Shown: one piece after another, positions 63,310 to 64,000 of the stretch | Position numbering within the stretch: position 1 is the stretch's first letter | Layout of the letters: the number at the start of each line of letters is the position of its first letter | DNA from: Xanthobacteraceae bacterium | GTDB lineage: Bacteria > Pseudomonadota > Alphaproteobacteria > Rhizobiales > Xanthobacteraceae | DNA length: 64,000 nucleotides | Assembly: GCA_036513175.1 (NCBI GenBank) | Contig: DATBZM010000388.1 | Location: forward strand, 2,069-66,068 | Direction: 5' to 3' | Notes under the pieces: generated by a model | What the model saw: only the letters and a program-made list of their open reading frames with translations | What the model was told of the DNA's origin: nothing | The model's database searches: none | Translations under genes and position numbers: made by a program

Positions 63310-64000
63310 TCAGATGGTCTGATTGTATTCGCCCACCTCGGGGTGGGTCCGTAGCACGCCGTCGACCGCCTTGAACATGTCGCGCATGCGCGCCTCCGAC
63401 ACGGGGCTCTCGACCACGACCACCAGCTCCGGCTTGTTGGAGGAGGCGCGCACCAGGCCCCAGGTGCCGTCCTCGACGGTTACGCGCACGCCGTTGACCG
63501 TGACGAGGTCGCGAATCGGCTGGCCCGCGACCTTGTGGCCCTTCTTCTGCGCGGCCTCGAAGTGCGCCACCACCTGGTCGACGATGCCGTATTTGATCTC
63601 GTCGGCGCAGTGCGGCGCCATCGTGGGCGACGACCATGTCTTCGGCAGCGCCTTGCGCAGGTCCGACATCTTCTTGTCCGGGCTGCGATCGAGCATGTCG
63701 CAGACCGCGAGCGCGAAGATGAGCCCGTCGTCATAGCCGCGGCCGATCGGCTTGTTGAAGAAGAAGTGCCCCGACTTCTCGAAGCCGGCGAGCGCGCCGA
63801 TCTCGTTCACGCGGCGCTTCATGTAAGAGTGGCCGGTCTTCCAGTAATCCGTCTTGGCGCCGTTCTGCTTGAGCACCGGGTCGGTCATGAACAGGCCGGT
63901 GGACTTCACGTCGGCGACGAAGGTCGCGCCGGGATGCAGCGCCGACATGTCGCGCGCCAGCATCACGCCGACCTTGTCGGCAAAGATCTCCTCGCCCTCG
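63310..64000 (-). CDS. phosphomannomutase/phosphoglucomutase, C-terminal part (gene continues past right window edge)
   Basis: FEKSGHFFF sugar-binding-loop motif and the C-terminal RASSNKPELVVVVE motif. The reading frame stays open to position 64000. Confidence 0.85.
   Translation of the reverse strand, partial: EGEEIFADKVGVMLARDMSALHPGATFVADVKSTGLFMTDPVLKQNGAKTDYWKTGHSYMKRRVNEIGALAGFEKSGHFFFNKPIGRGYDDGLIFALAVCDMLDRSPDKKMSDLRKALPKTWSSPTMAPHCADEIKYGIVDQVVAHFEAAQKKGHKVAGQPIRDLVTVNGVRVTVEDGTWGLVRASSNKPELVVVVESPVSEARMRDMFKAVDGVLRTHPEVGEYNQTI

Noticed and set aside
1-64000. A genomic island, prophage or integrative element as the context for the TA modules and the T4CP-like gene.
   Set aside because: I could find no integrase, transposase, tRNA/tmRNA target, phage structural gene or flanking direct repeats. 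The surrounding genes are core housekeeping genes with uniform high GC.

Overview
High-GC (roughly mid-60s %) alphaproteobacterial chromosomal DNA. Gene content and repeat types look Bradyrhizobiaceae/Nitrobacteraceae-like: CycM-type cytochrome, DUF3551-type small protein, Bug/TctC binding protein and palindromic intergenic elements. All calls come from reading the ORF track and the sequence by eye; no searches were run. Most of the window is densely packed core genome. Left to right: an SNF2 helicase pair, truA-fmt-(vapBC)-def, rmuC, ampG, recR-ybaB-dnaX with the SRP RNA, HIT, nudC, a PfkB kinase and lrp. Next comes a complete Tad/Flp pilus locus (14.5-27.4 kb) with three tandem flp pilin genes, then a 950-aa autotransporter with six Ig-like repeats. 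After that: M17 peptidase, NlpC/P60, ghrA, a Nudix gene, a yejABEF-type peptide ABC importer with two binding proteins, cycM, kdsB and pheA. A run of predicted periplasmic enzymes follows (PmbA/TldD pair, alpha/beta hydrolase, dihaem cytochrome c, Tat-signal ThDP enzyme), then an ABC-F ATPase, yaiI, parDE, argE, a Bug protein, an orphan VirD4/TraG-like protein, an alpha/beta hydrolase-LLM oxidoreductase pair, a GST, small secreted proteins and a truncated phosphomannomutase. I saw no integrase, transposase, tRNA, rRNA or CRISPR array. The best candidates for something undescribed are: (1) a twin-arginine-exported thiamine-diphosphate enzyme translationally coupled to a dihaem cytochrome c; (2) a soluble, orphan type-IV-coupling-protein-like ATPase with a variant P-loop and an unknown 250-aa N-terminal domain; (3) CtrA-box-like TTAACCAT motifs shared by the Tad locus and the neighbouring autotransporter; (4) a vapBC module inserted inside the def-fmt operon. 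Many long ORFs in the track are antisense shadow ORFs typical of high-GC DNA and were discarded.
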